NCBI GenBank assembly: GCA_963709885.1
Contig: CAVPXY010000006.1
Coordinates: forward strand, 93,251 to 157,250
From: an uncultured Solirubrobacteraceae bacterium
GTDB lineage: Bacteria; Actinomycetota; Thermoleophilia; Solirubrobacterales; Solirubrobacteraceae
Direction of reading: 5' to 3'
DNA length: 64,000 nucleotides
Shown: piece by piece, positions 39,077 to 48,322 of the stretch
Layout: each line of letters opens with the position of its first letter
How positions within the stretch are numbered: position 1 is the stretch's first letter
The notes under the pieces: generated by a model
The model's database searches: none
Told to the model about the DNA's origin: nothing
What the model saw: the letters and a program-made list of their open reading frames with translations, nothing else
Translations under genes and position numbers: made by a program

Positions 39077-42000
39077 CTACCGTCGCCGCCCTGTCCCGAA
39101 GCTCTGCATCGGCGGCACCACTGCGCGCATGCTCGATCCCACCTCAGCATCCCCCGGTGAGGGTTTACGCTCTGGCAGACGATGTACGCGCGCCCGTACC
39201 GCCGGCTCCTCACCCTCCACCACACCGTCAGAGAGGAAGCGCTCGAGTGCGGCCAGCTCTCGCACGATCACGTTGACAACCCCTTCCGCGCGCTCCAGGC
39301 GGCCTCTGGCCAGCAGCAACGGCTCGGCTCGCGCCAGGTGGCGGTGGCGCTCGTACACCGCCTTTGGCACGATCAGGTTGATAGTCCCCCACTCGTCCTC
39401 GAACAGCAGGAACATCGTGCCCTTGGCCGTGCCCGGCCGCTGCCGAGCGATGACCAGCCCCGCCACCGACACCGAACAGCCCGTGGGCAGGCGGACGAGC
39501 TGGGCGCTGGTCGCGAGCATCGGGACCGCCAGCCGCTTGCGCAGAACGGCCATCGCGTGGTCACCCACCGTCACCCCGCTCGTGGCGTAGTCGGCGATCA
39601 GCCGCTGCCAGCGGCCGAGCGAACGCAGGCGCGGCGGCGCCGGCAGCTCCATTGGAAGCGCGAGCTGGGTGCTCTCGCCCGCTCCTTGACCGGGAGCGGC
39701 CACGCCCAGCTGCCACAGGGCAGTTCGGCGGTCCCCCTCGCCGATGAGGCCGTCACAGGCACCTGACCAGGCCAGCTGCTCGAGCATCCTGCGCCCTGCG
39801 CCAACGCGCGAGGCAAGATCGCGGAGGCTTGAGAAGGGGCCGTTTCGCTCGCGCTCGGCCACGAGCTCGCGCACCTCCTCTGCCGCCACATCCTTGACAT
39901 AGCCCAATCCGAGGCGCACACCGAGACCGGGACTCTCCTTCCCGGGGGAGGCCTCCACGATGCACAGCACATGCGAGGCGTTCACGTCGGGGCCGAGCAC
40001 CTCGATCCCGCGATGCTCGGCCTCATGCACGAGGGTGTCGGGGGCGTAGAAGCCCATCGGCTGCTCGTTCAAGAGCGCGCACAGGAACTCCGGGCCATAG
40101 TGGACGCGCAACCACGTCGACTGATAGGCGAGCAGGCCGAAGGCGGCACCGTGGGCCTTGGGAAAGCCGAAGCCGGCGAAGCCCTCGACCATCTTCCAGA
40201 CGCGCTCCGCCGTCCCCCGCTCAGCGCCGGCGTGCCGCAGTGCGCCCGCGATGAAGTCCTCGCGGTAGCTCTGGAGCATCTCCTGCGAGCGCTTGCGAGA
40301 AATCGCCCGGCGCAGCCCGTCCGCCTCCCCGGGACTGAAGCCGGCGAAGGCTTCGGCCACCTGCATAACCTGATCCTGGAAGATGATCGTGCCGAGCGTC
40401 TCCTTGAGGACCTCCTGGAGCGCCGGGTGATCGTAGGGGACCTCATACGCAGGGTTTTCGCGCAATCGCCGGCGGCGTTCGATGTAGGGGTTGATCGCCC
40501 CGCCCTGGATCGGCCCGGGCCGCACGATCGCCACCTGGATGGTCAGATCCTCGAGGTTCATCGGCCGCGTCCGCCGCAGCGACTGCATCTGGGCGCGGCT
40601 CTCGATCTGAAAGACGCCGACCGTATCGGCCGCGCGGATCGCCTCAAACGTGCGCTGATCGTCAAACGGGATCCTTGACAAATCGATGCGCTCGCCCCGC
40701 ACGCGCGCGATCTCCTCCACGCAGCGCTCCACCGCCGAGAGCATGCCCAGGCCCAGCAGGTCGATCTTCAAAAAGCCCGCGTCCGCGCACGAGTCCTTGT
40801 CCCACTGGGCTATCTGCCTGCCCTCCATCGCGGCGGGAACGACCGGGCAGCAATCGATCAGTGGCCTGGTCGCGACGATCATCCCACCCGAGTGCTGGGA
40901 GCAGTGGCGAGGCAGCCCGTATGCCTGCTCGACTAGGCGCCTCAGCCAGCGCCAGCGCTCCGAGGCGAGCGGCGTTGCGCCCGTGGGGTGCGGGCGGCGA
41001 CAGGAGAGCGCGGAGGCGATGTCATCGGCACCTGGCCCAAACGGGTCGGCCCCGCGGGCGACGCGCTCGATCTCGCCGGCGGGCAGGCCAAGCACCTTCC
41101 CCAGCTCGCGGATCGCCCCCCGCGCGCGGAATGTCGGAAAGGCTGCAACCAGCGCGGTGTGGTCGCGCCCGTAGCGCTCGTGCACGCGCGGGATAAGCAC
41201 CTCGCGGATGTCCCGCGGAAAATCGAGGTCGATGTCGGGCAGCCCGTGCAGGTCCTCGTTCAGGAAACGCCCGAGCGCCAGCCTGTTGGCGATCGGGTCG
41301 ATATGAGAGAGCCCGACGAGATAACACACGAGCGAGGAGACGGACGACCCTCGCCCGCGTCCGGGCGCCAGCAGCGCGCGCACCGAGTCCGGACCCCGCA
41401 CCTTGATGGCGACCTCGCGGGCGAGCTCGAGCATGTCGTGATGCAGAAGGAAGAAGCCGGCCAGCCCCAGCCCTCCGATCACGCGCAGCTCCTCTTCCAG
41501 GCGCGCGTGCGCCTCCGCCCGGGCCCCTGCGCTGAAGCGATCCTGAAGGCGCGTACCACACAGCTCGGCCAGGCGCCGCTCGGCGCCTGCATCCTCGGCA
41601 CCGGGATAGCGGTAGCCGAGATCTTTGTTGAGATTGAACGTGAGCCGCTCGGCCAAGAGCAGCGTCTCGCGGACAGCCTCGGGGTGATCCGCGAAGCGGC
41701 TGGCCATCGCCCGGGGCGTGCTCATCACGTGGCTGTGGTTGCCTCGACGCAAGGGCTCTGAGGCGTCGAGCGTGGCGTGATTGCGCAGCGCCACAAACGC
41801 ATCCTGCAGCTCGGCTCTGGCACGCGCGTGCGCGTGCACATCGCCGGTGGCCACGCACCTAACCCCCAGCCGCCGGCCGAGCGCGGCCAGCGCGTTGTTG
41901 CGAGCGCGATCGTGGCGGGCGTAGGGACGCTGCAACTCCACATACAGTCCCTCCGGCCCGAACGCGTCGAGCAATCGCCGCGCCGTCGGCTCGTCGTGGA

Positions 42001-42472
42001 CGCCGCCACCGACCACAGCTCGCTCGGCACAGCCGGTCAGACAGATGAGGCCCTCGGCATGGTCGAGCACGACCTGCAGGTCCACAGACGCCTCCGCGCG
42101 CTCGCGCCGAGGAGCCCCCTCGCGGGTGTGCGAGTGAGCGAGCGTGATGATCCGGCAGAGGTTGCTCCAACCGCGCCCGTCACGCACGAGCAGGGTGATA
42201 TGGCGAGAGCCGATCCCATCGCGGGGGCCACCGGGTAGTGCCTCTGCGGTCAGGTCGATCTCGGCGCCGTGGATCGCCCTCACACTGCGCGTCTTGGCCG
42301 CCTGGGCCAGCTCCATGGAGCCTGAGACAGAGTTGTGGTCGGTCAGCGCGATCGCCCCATAGCCCAGCTCGCTCGCACGCTGCGCCAACTCCTCCGGCAG
42401 CGAGACTCCGTCCAGAAACGAGTACGCCGAGTGGCAGTGCAGCTCTGCGTATGGAGGTGTGGGCCGTTCCAT
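39077..42472 (-). CDS. dnaE2: Error-prone DNA polymerase III alpha (DnaE2/ImuC)
   Basis: PHP YAELHCHSAYSFLDG, GRGSS, PDIDLDF, SQHSGG, FGFPKAH, QPMGFY and OB-fold RQRPGTAKG; lies in an imuB cassette. Confidence 0.95.
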   Translation of the reverse strand: MERPTPPYAELHCHSAYSFLDGVSLPEELAQRASELGYGAIALTDHNSVSGSMELAQAAKTRSVRAIHGAEIDLTAEALPGGPRDGIGSRHITLLVRDGRGWSNLCRIITLAHSHTREGAPRRERAEASVDLQVVLDHAEGLICLTGCAERAVVGGGVHDEPTARRLLDAFGPEGLYVELQRPYARHDRARNNALAALGRRLGVRCVATGDVHAHARARAELQDAFVALRNHATLDASEPLRRGNHSHVMSTPRAMASRFADHPEAVRETLLLAERLTFNLNKDLGYRYPGAEDAGAERRLAELCGTRLQDRFSAGARAEAHARLEEELRVIGGLGLAGFFLLHHDMLELAREVAIKVRGPDSVRALLAPGRGRGSSVSSLVCYLVGLSHIDPIANRLALGRFLNEDLHGLPDIDLDFPRDIREVLIPRVHERYGRDHTALVAAFPTFRARGAIRELGKVLGLPAGEIERVARGADPFGPGADDIASALSCRRPHPTGATPLASERWRWLRRLVEQAYGLPRHCSQHSGGMIVATRPLIDCCPVVPAAMEGRQIAQWDKDSCADAGFLKIDLLGLGMLSAVERCVEEIARVRGERIDLSRIPFDDQRTFEAIRAADTVGVFQIESRAQMQSLRRTRPMNLEDLTIQVAIVRPGPIQGGAINPYIERRRRLRENPAYEVPYDHPALQEVLKETLGTIIFQDQVMQVAEAFAGFSPGEADGLRRAISRKRSQEMLQSYREDFIAGALRHAGAERGTAERVWKMVEGFAGFGFPKAHGAAFGLLAYQSTWLRVHYGPEFLCALLNEQPMGFYAPDTLVHEAEHRGIEVLGPDVNASHVLCIVEASPGKESPGLGVRLGLGYVKDVAAEEVRELVAERERNGPFSSLRDLASRVGAGRRMLEQLAWSGACDGLIGEGDRRTALWQLGVAAPGQGAGESTQLALPMELPAPPRLRSLGRWQRLIADYATSGVTVGDHAMAVLRKRLAVPMLATSAQLVRLPTGCSVSVAGLVIARQRPGTAKGTMFLLFEDEWGTINLIVPKAVYERHRHLARAEPLLLARGRLERAEGVVNVIVRELAALERFLSDGVVEGEEPAVRARVHRLPERKPSPGDAEVGSSMRAVVPPMQSFGTGRRR

Positions 42473-42486
42473 CGCCTCACACCCGC

Positions 42487-42723
42487 TCACGGACCCTGCA
42501 GGAACCAGCCACCGGAGCGCAGGTCGTGAAAGACGATCATGTTGCGCCCCCGCTCGCTCACGAGCTCCCAGTAGCGTCGGCGCAGAGGCTCGGCGGTCCA
42601 CCAGCGGTCCTCCACCAGCCAGGACTCGCGCAGCAGCTCGACCGCTTCGCCGTTGACCTCCTTCGGCATGCCGTCGCCCCAGCGCACGCGCGCGGGCCGG
42701 GGAAGGTTGAGGGGGCGAACCAT
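42487..42723 (-). CDS. Small ImuB-C/DUF6504-like protein
   Basis: ESWLVEDRWW...RRRYWEL...GGWF; TGATG-coupled to the imuB stop. Confidence 0.75.
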   Translation of the reverse strand: MVRPLNLPRPARVRWGDGMPKEVNGEAVELLRESWLVEDRWWTAEPLRRRYWELVSERGRNMIVFHDLRSGGWFLQGP

Positions 42724-43915
42724 CAGCCCGGGAACGGCGCGAGCACGACTCGCCGCTCGGGCACGCGCGAGTCTGGATCAACGCACACGGCCCGCAACGC
42801 CGCATCCGGCCCGGCCACGGCGCGCACCTGGGCGACGGCCTCGCGCAGGCGAGCGACACGAGCGGCGCTGTGCGCGGGATCCTTGTCAAACAGCGCCCCC
42901 TGCTCGCCTGCGGGAGGACCGAAACGCTCGACGGTCAACCCCAACTCGGCGGCCGGAGCCGGTAGCAGCAGAAGGCGCACCCCCAGCGCCAGCCCGATGC
43001 GCTCGGGGTCTGAGAGTGCCTGGCGGAAGACAACGCGCTCGCGCCAGGCACCGCCCGCGAGCAGGCGCGCGGAGAGCACGAGAACCCGCAGCGTGCGCCC
43101 ACGGCGCTCCGGTCGGGCCAGCAGCCGGTCCACCAGCACGCCAAGCACGCGCTCCAGGGCTTCACCGGAGCTCGCGTCGCCGAGGAGCAGCGTCTCCTGC
43201 AGGCGCTCCTCGACGGCGCGCGCCCGCAGGGGTGTGTCTTCGCCGCAGGCGAGCCGGTGCGCAAAGACACCTGCCGTCCCGAAGCGGTCGGCGAGCTCGG
43301 GGCGTCCTAACTTCGCCAGCTCGCCGAGCGTGCGCACGCCGAGGCGGCTCGAGCGGCTCGACCAGCGCTTCGGTCTCTGCTCGGAAGCCGAGCAGCCCGA
43401 CCGGCCGGCCGGCGAGCCAGCGCCGGGCATCCTTTCCATCCAGCACGAGCGGCCGGCGCGAGCGCACCGCCAGGGCGGCCGCCAGCGCGCAGAAGCGCGT
43501 CGGCCCGGCCCCCACGCGCGCGGGACGGTCAAGCGCTCGCCGGGCGGCGGCGATCGTGGCGGCGTCCGTGCCGTGGAGCCCGCGCAGCCCGTCGGCCTCG
43601 AAGTAGGCGAGCCCCGGGCGTGCCTCCTCGATGGCCGCGCCGATCGATTCCAGAGCGCCCATCACGCTCTCCCAGGTCTCGGTGACCCCCATGGGGTCAG
43701 CGGGCACGAGGAGGAGATCGGGGCAGCGGGCGAGCGCCTCCCCGAGGATCATCCCGCGCGGTCACACCCCGGGCCTCAGCCGCCCCGGAGACCTCTCCCA
43801 CCCGCTGCTCAGAGCCGAGGAGCGGCGCCACCGCCAGGGCGCGCCCGGTCAGCGCCTCCGGCCCCCCGGCGGCGACCACCAACTCGAAGCGGGGTAGATG
43901 GACGCACACGACCAT
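42723..43915 (-). CDS. imuB: ImuB-like Y-family polymerase homolog, frameshifts near 43760 and 43348
   Basis: MVVCVHLPRF start, EALARCP, LGVRTLGEL, RFG, clamp motif QGALF and C-terminal SRVPERR. Confidence 0.85.
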
Positions 43916-43944
43916 GGCAAGTGTGTAGTCAGAGCACGTATTGG

Positions 43945-43974
43945 CGAACAGGTGTTTGCACGAACATACGTTCG
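43945..43974. promoter_or_regulatory. Two tandem LexA (SOS) boxes at the imuB promoter
   Basis: CGAAC-AGGT-GTTTG (43945-43958) and perfect CGAAC-ATAC-GTTCG (43961-43974); minus-strand -10 TACACT at 43976-43981. Confidence 0.9.
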
Positions 43975-44046
43975 TAGTGTACACGAGCTGCCACCCGGTG
44001 GCGATGACCCCTCCAATTGCGCTGCTCAGCCCGTTTTCCTTAGTAA

Positions 44047-44187
44047 CTCACTCGATCTGTTTACCGTGAGGAGTGCCCTGCTGCCTCCTCGTCGAAAGGA
44101 CTGGCGAGAGTCGGAGTCCTGGACTTCGAGGGGCGGCCTGACGGATGGCTCGGGAGGAGGACGCGGCCGCCCCTCCTTTCTGTGTTT
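44047..44187 (+). ncRNA. Candidate structured sRNA, copy 1
   Basis: Closing stem ACUCGAU/GUCGGAGU, inner GAGGAG/CUCCUC hairpin, and an 11-bp 3' hairpin (44128-44175) followed by a U-rich tail. Ends approximate. Confidence 0.55.
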
Positions 44188-44286
44188 CAGGCCGTGCACG
44201 CCCATTACGTTCGTCGTGTAGCAGGAGACTGCGACCCGGTGGCTAGGCCCCAGCTATTTGCCCTGCTCAGCCCGTTTTCCGTAGTA

Positions 44287-44418
44287 GTCACTCGACTTGT
44301 TCACCATGTAGGAGTGCTCTACTGCCTCCTCGCGAAAGAATTGACGAGAGTCGGAGTCCTAAGACGGGAGGGACGGTCGATGGACGGAGGAGGGCGGGGC
44401 CGTCCCTCCATACGTGTT
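44287..44418 (+). ncRNA. Candidate structured sRNA, copy 2
   Basis: Same architecture; the 3' hairpin (44367-44409) has a compensatory G-C to A-U change relative to copy 1. Confidence 0.55.
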
Positions 44419-44449
44419 GCGCCTACATACTTGCCATGGCCCGGGAAAC

Positions 44450-45285
44450 TCAATCCATGGTCAGCGGGCCCTCGGCCTCATCCGCTGAGGAACTGGCGCA
44501 CGAACGGGTTCTCCGAGGAGAACATCCTCTCGGCGTCGCCCGCATCCACGATCCGCCCCCTCCACAGCAGCGCGATGTACTCGCCGATCTGGCGGGCCGA
44601 AGCGATGTTGTGGGTCACGACGATGTAGGTGCCTCCGTGGAGGGCGTGCATCTCCTGGATCAGCTCGCACAACAGCGCCGTCCGCACCGGATCCAACCCC
44701 GAGTCGGGCTCGTCGAAGATGACGATGTCCGGCGACATCACCAGCGCCCGCGCGAACCCGGCGCGCTTGCGCATCCCCCCGGAGAGCTGGGAGGGCAGGT
44801 CGTCTATCGCCTCGGACAGCCCCACGTCGGCCAGGCGTTCTTAGACCAGCTTGGCGATCTGCGCCTCGGAGGAGCCCGTGTGCTGGCGCAGCGGGAAGGC
44901 GACGTTGTCGAACACCGACATCGACCCGAACAGGGCGCCGTCCTGGAAGAGCACGCCGATTTTGCGGCGCAGGGCCAGCAGCTTGGGCATCGTCAGGGTA
45001 GGAACCGATTGTCCGTCCACGATGACGTCGCCGGAGTCCGGGAACATCAGCCCGATGATGTGCTTGATCAGCACGCTCTTGCCCGTCCCGGACGGGCCGA
45101 GCACGACGGTGATCGTCTCGTCGGGAAAGGCGACGTTCAGCCCGTTCAGGACGGCCACCCCGCCCAGGCGCTTGTGCACGTCCACGCAGCGGATCGACCA
45201 GTTGCCCGCGGCCGGGTCGCCGTCGAGGCCGAGCCTCGCCGGAGTGGTACTGGAACTCGTCGGTCAGCCCGGGCTCCTCGCTCAT
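44450..45285 (-). CDS. MlaF/MceG (Mkl)-type ABC ATPase, with two frameshifts and one in-frame TAA
   Basis: GPSGTGKS, LFQDGALFGSM, LSGGMRKR, FDEPDSGLDP and FVRQFL. Lesions near 45236, at 44841-44843 (TAA) and near 44480; repaired end is GEAEGPLTMD. Confidence 0.85.
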
Positions 45286-46806
45286 CCTTTTCCTCCGTAG
45301 GTGACGTGCGGGAACTGGCTGGTGTGGCCGTTGAACGTGAACGGACCCTGCTGGTTGCATGCGGGCGCCGCCACGACGTTGGGGCTTTCCGGCGCGTTGG
45401 CGACTTTGAACTGGAGGATCAGTTCGATCAGGCTCTGGGAGATCGCTTCGTTGGGCGGTCCGCTGACCGACGGGGCCGAGTTCGCGCACGAGCTGTTGCT
45501 GAACACCTGCAGGCCGCCGTTGCCAAGGGCGCGGAAGGCGCCGGGATGGAAGTAGGGGTTCGAGCGGCTCGTGCCGACCCGCTGGGGGTAGATCGCCAGG
45601 CTCTGCGGGCTGAAGACGAGCATCGTGCGCAGGTAGTGCTGCTGAGGGCCCCTGGTTTGTCCGTTTTCTACGGCGCTGCCGTTGGCGCCGTGAGCATTGG
45701 TGGCGGCGGTGAGGTTGGCGAAGAACGCCTGCAGCTCGGGCACGTATTCGCCCAGGGATTGCAGGAACGGGTCGAGGTTGTGCAGCACCGGTCTGAGGTT
45801 TTCAAGCACCGGGACAGTGAGATCGAGGACCTTCGCCGTTTCGGGCAGGCCCTTCTTCGCGGCCGTGGTCAGCGGTCCCAGGGCGGTGAGGAAGCTGTTG
45901 AACTGTGGCGTGAAGGGCTTTGCTGCCTGGAGCAGCAGCGTGAGCTGGCGCTCGACGGGGCGGAATTCGGTCGAGGTACGGGCTGGCGAGGACGGAGAAG
46001 CGGTCGATCGTCCGCAGCGCGACGATCGAGGTGGCCTCGAAGGCGGGCAGCGCCTGGAAGGCTTCGGCGAACTCCTGGCTTGATTCGGCGGCCGCGTGGA
46101 AGGTGAGCTCGCCGTTTGTGATCAGCCCTTCGAGCTCGTGGTCGCGCCCGGCGAGCGCGTCGAAGACCACCCCGGTGTTGTGCACCAGCGCCCGTACGGC
46201 CCCTTCCTGGGAGGCCAGGATGCGCACCAGCTGGTTGGCGTGTTCGACGAACGGTTCGAACGTGGCAAGGGAGGCGTTGAGCTGTTCCCCGCGACCGGCG
46301 ATCGCCGCGGCCTGGTAGCGCATCCATGCCTGGAAATTGCGCCGCGTGGTGGGTGTCAGCAGCGAGAGGATGTCATCGAGCGTCACGAACGGTTCGACCT
46401 GGCTATTGGGCAGCTGAGCCCCGTCGCGCAGGAACGGACCCCTTTGGCTCTGGGGAATCAGCTGCACGTAGGTCTCCCCCAGCAGCGTCTTCTGGCGCAG
46501 GATCGCGTGCGTGTCCCTGCGGATCGGCGCGTACTGCTGGTTGAGTTCAACCGTCGCGTCGGTGCGGCCGTCGTTGCCGAGCTTCAGCGAGACCACATGG
46601 CCGACGTTCACACCGCTGATCTTCACGTCCGACTCTTCGGAGAGCGCGAGCGTGCGCGGGAAGGTCGCCGTGAAGCGATAGCCCTTCGGCTTGAGCGGCA
46701 GGGGACCGCCGAAGGACTCCCACAGGAACAGCAGCAGCCCGAAGCAGCTCAGCGCGAACAGGATGATCATCAGCAGGTTGCCGAGCGTCGGCGCGCGCTT
46801 CTGCAT
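45282..46806 (-). CDS. Mce/MlaD family protein 6, frameshift near 45970
   Basis: N-terminal TM, SDVKISGVNVGHV and KTLLGETYVQL; removing one base joins it to ORF 45282..45809. Confidence 0.88.
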
Positions 46807-46807
46807 C

Positions 46808-48322
46808 TCAGCCGCCTCTCCTTGAGCTTCCGGACCCCGCGGCCTGAGCGGTGATGAGCGGCGCCTGGCCGAATACGCGCGTGTCCAGGCCGGGGAACAG
46901 GCCGCCTGGCGGCGCCTTCGGGTGCACGCGCAAGCTGGCGGCGGCAGCCGAGCCTTTGAGGATGCCGGCGCTCTTGCACGCCGCTTCGTCGGGCGGGTTC
47001 AGCAGGCCGACGAGCAGGTTGACCGTCGGATTGACTTCCGCAATTCCTTTGAGGATCGGCGCGACGTTGCAGTTGAGGTATGTCAGGTTGCGCCCGAGCG
47101 CCCCGTGCGCCGCGGCGGAGCCGAGGACGCTGTTGAGGTTGTGATTGCCCCAGTCCAGGAAGAACAGAAAGCCGGCCTGGTTGGCGCTTGGATTGAAGGC
47201 GAGCTCGTTGAAGAATTCGTTGAGCACCGCGAAGCTCGTGGTGAGCTGCGGGAATGCTTCGGCTAGCTGCTGGGTGGCGGGCTTGATTTCGTTGACGACG
47301 GGGAGGATTTCGCGCGCGAACGGCCGGATCTCGTTCTTGAAGGTCGGGGTGGTCTGTTCGGCCAGGCGCCGCGTGGCTTCCTGGGCGGGGCCGAGCGCGC
47401 GCGCGAAGGGCTGAAGCTCGCGCAGCGTGGGGCCCAGCACGTTGGCGGCGACCGCGAGCTTGCCCAGTCCCGTCCTGGTCTTGGCCAGCGCGCCGGGCAG
47501 CAGGCGCAGCAGGCTTTCGACGTTGCGTTCCTGCCTGGCGAAGACGGCGAACACCGCGTTGGAAGCGTCGACGAGCTGCGAGAGCTGCGTGTCCTTTTCC
47601 CCCAGCGCTTCGATCAGCAGCCTGAAGTTGTGGATCGAGCGCGCCGTGTTCGCATGACGGATTTCCAGCTGCTGGGCGATTTCCCGCACGTCGCGCGCGG
47701 TCGGGTAAAAGCGCTTGAGCGTGGCCGACAGCGCCTTGCCGTTATTGCCGAACCCCTCGCCCGCCCCTGCCAAGAGCGCCTGCAGATAGGCGCGCGTTTC
47801 GGCGTCCAGCCCCGCCAGGAACTGGTCGAAGTCGATGTTCGGGGCGGTCTGGGAGATCGGCACCGTTGCGCCGCTGGGGAGCCGCCCGGCCGCGAGCGTG
47901 CCCGGGTTCACCTCGATCGTCATGTCCTGCAGGTTGGTCTTCGGACGCATCAAGAGCGTCGCGTCGCGGTATATGCGCGCGTACTTCGGGGTCAGGCGCA
48001 TGGTCACCGTCGCGACCCCTTCGTGCACATCCACGCTCTGTACTTCCCCGATCTTCGCGCCGGCGATCGTCACCGCCTGACCCTGGCCGGGGGTGAGCGC
48101 CTGGGCGGTCTGGAAGTTGGCCTTCAGCGTGTAGTAGTTCTTGCCCAGGAAGGGAAACCACCCCGGCAGGTTGATGTTCTCGTGCGCGAGAATGTAGCCG
48201 CCGACGATCGCTGCGATCACGATCATCGTGACCACGGAGATGAACGCCGAGCGGTAGCGCTCGATCTGGTCGCGGACCCCCAGCCCGCCTTCGTGAGGGT
48301 GGCCATCGGTGGGGTTCATCAT
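46808..48322 (-). CDS. Mce/MlaD family protein 5
   Basis: TM, VTIAGAKIGEV MlaD domain and a long helical region. Confidence 0.9.
   Translation of the reverse strand: MMNPTDGHPHEGGLGVRDQIERYRSAFISVVTMIVIAAIVGGYILAHENINLPGWFPFLGKNYYTLKANFQTAQALTPGQGQAVTIAGAKIGEVQSVDVHEGVATVTMRLTPKYARIYRDATLLMRPKTNLQDMTIEVNPGTLAAGRLPSGATVPISQTAPNIDFDQFLAGLDAETRAYLQALLAGAGEGFGNNGKALSATLKRFYPTARDVREIAQQLEIRHANTARSIHNFRLLIEALGEKDTQLSQLVDASNAVFAVFARQERNVESLLRLLPGALAKTRTGLGKLAVAANVLGPTLRELQPFARALGPAQEATRRLAEQTTPTFKNEIRPFAREILPVVNEIKPATQQLAEAFPQLTTSFAVLNEFFNELAFNPSANQAGFLFFLDWGNHNLNSVLGSAAAHGALGRNLTYLNCNVAPILKGIAEVNPTVNLLVGLLNPPDEAACKSAGILKGSAAAASLRVHPKAPPGGLFPGLDTRVFGQAPLITAQAAGSGSSRRGG

Larger units (their letters stand above)
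43957..44418. repeat. Diverged ~240-bp tandem duplication
   Basis: Units at about 43957-44187 and 44195-44418 share CTGCTCAGCCCGTTTTCC, CTGCCTCCTCG, CGAGAGTCGGAGTCCT and further blocks. Confidence 0.92.

Noticed and set aside
43957-44418. CRISPR array or type I toxin ORFs
   Set aside because: Only two long diverged units, no repeat-spacer pattern, no cas genes, and no shared start codon or frame after the SD-like motifs.
38607-46806. Programmed ribosomal frameshifting or stop readthrough in the mutasome and Mce genes
   Set aside because: No common slippery sequence; the uniform single-base insertions fit sequencing error better.
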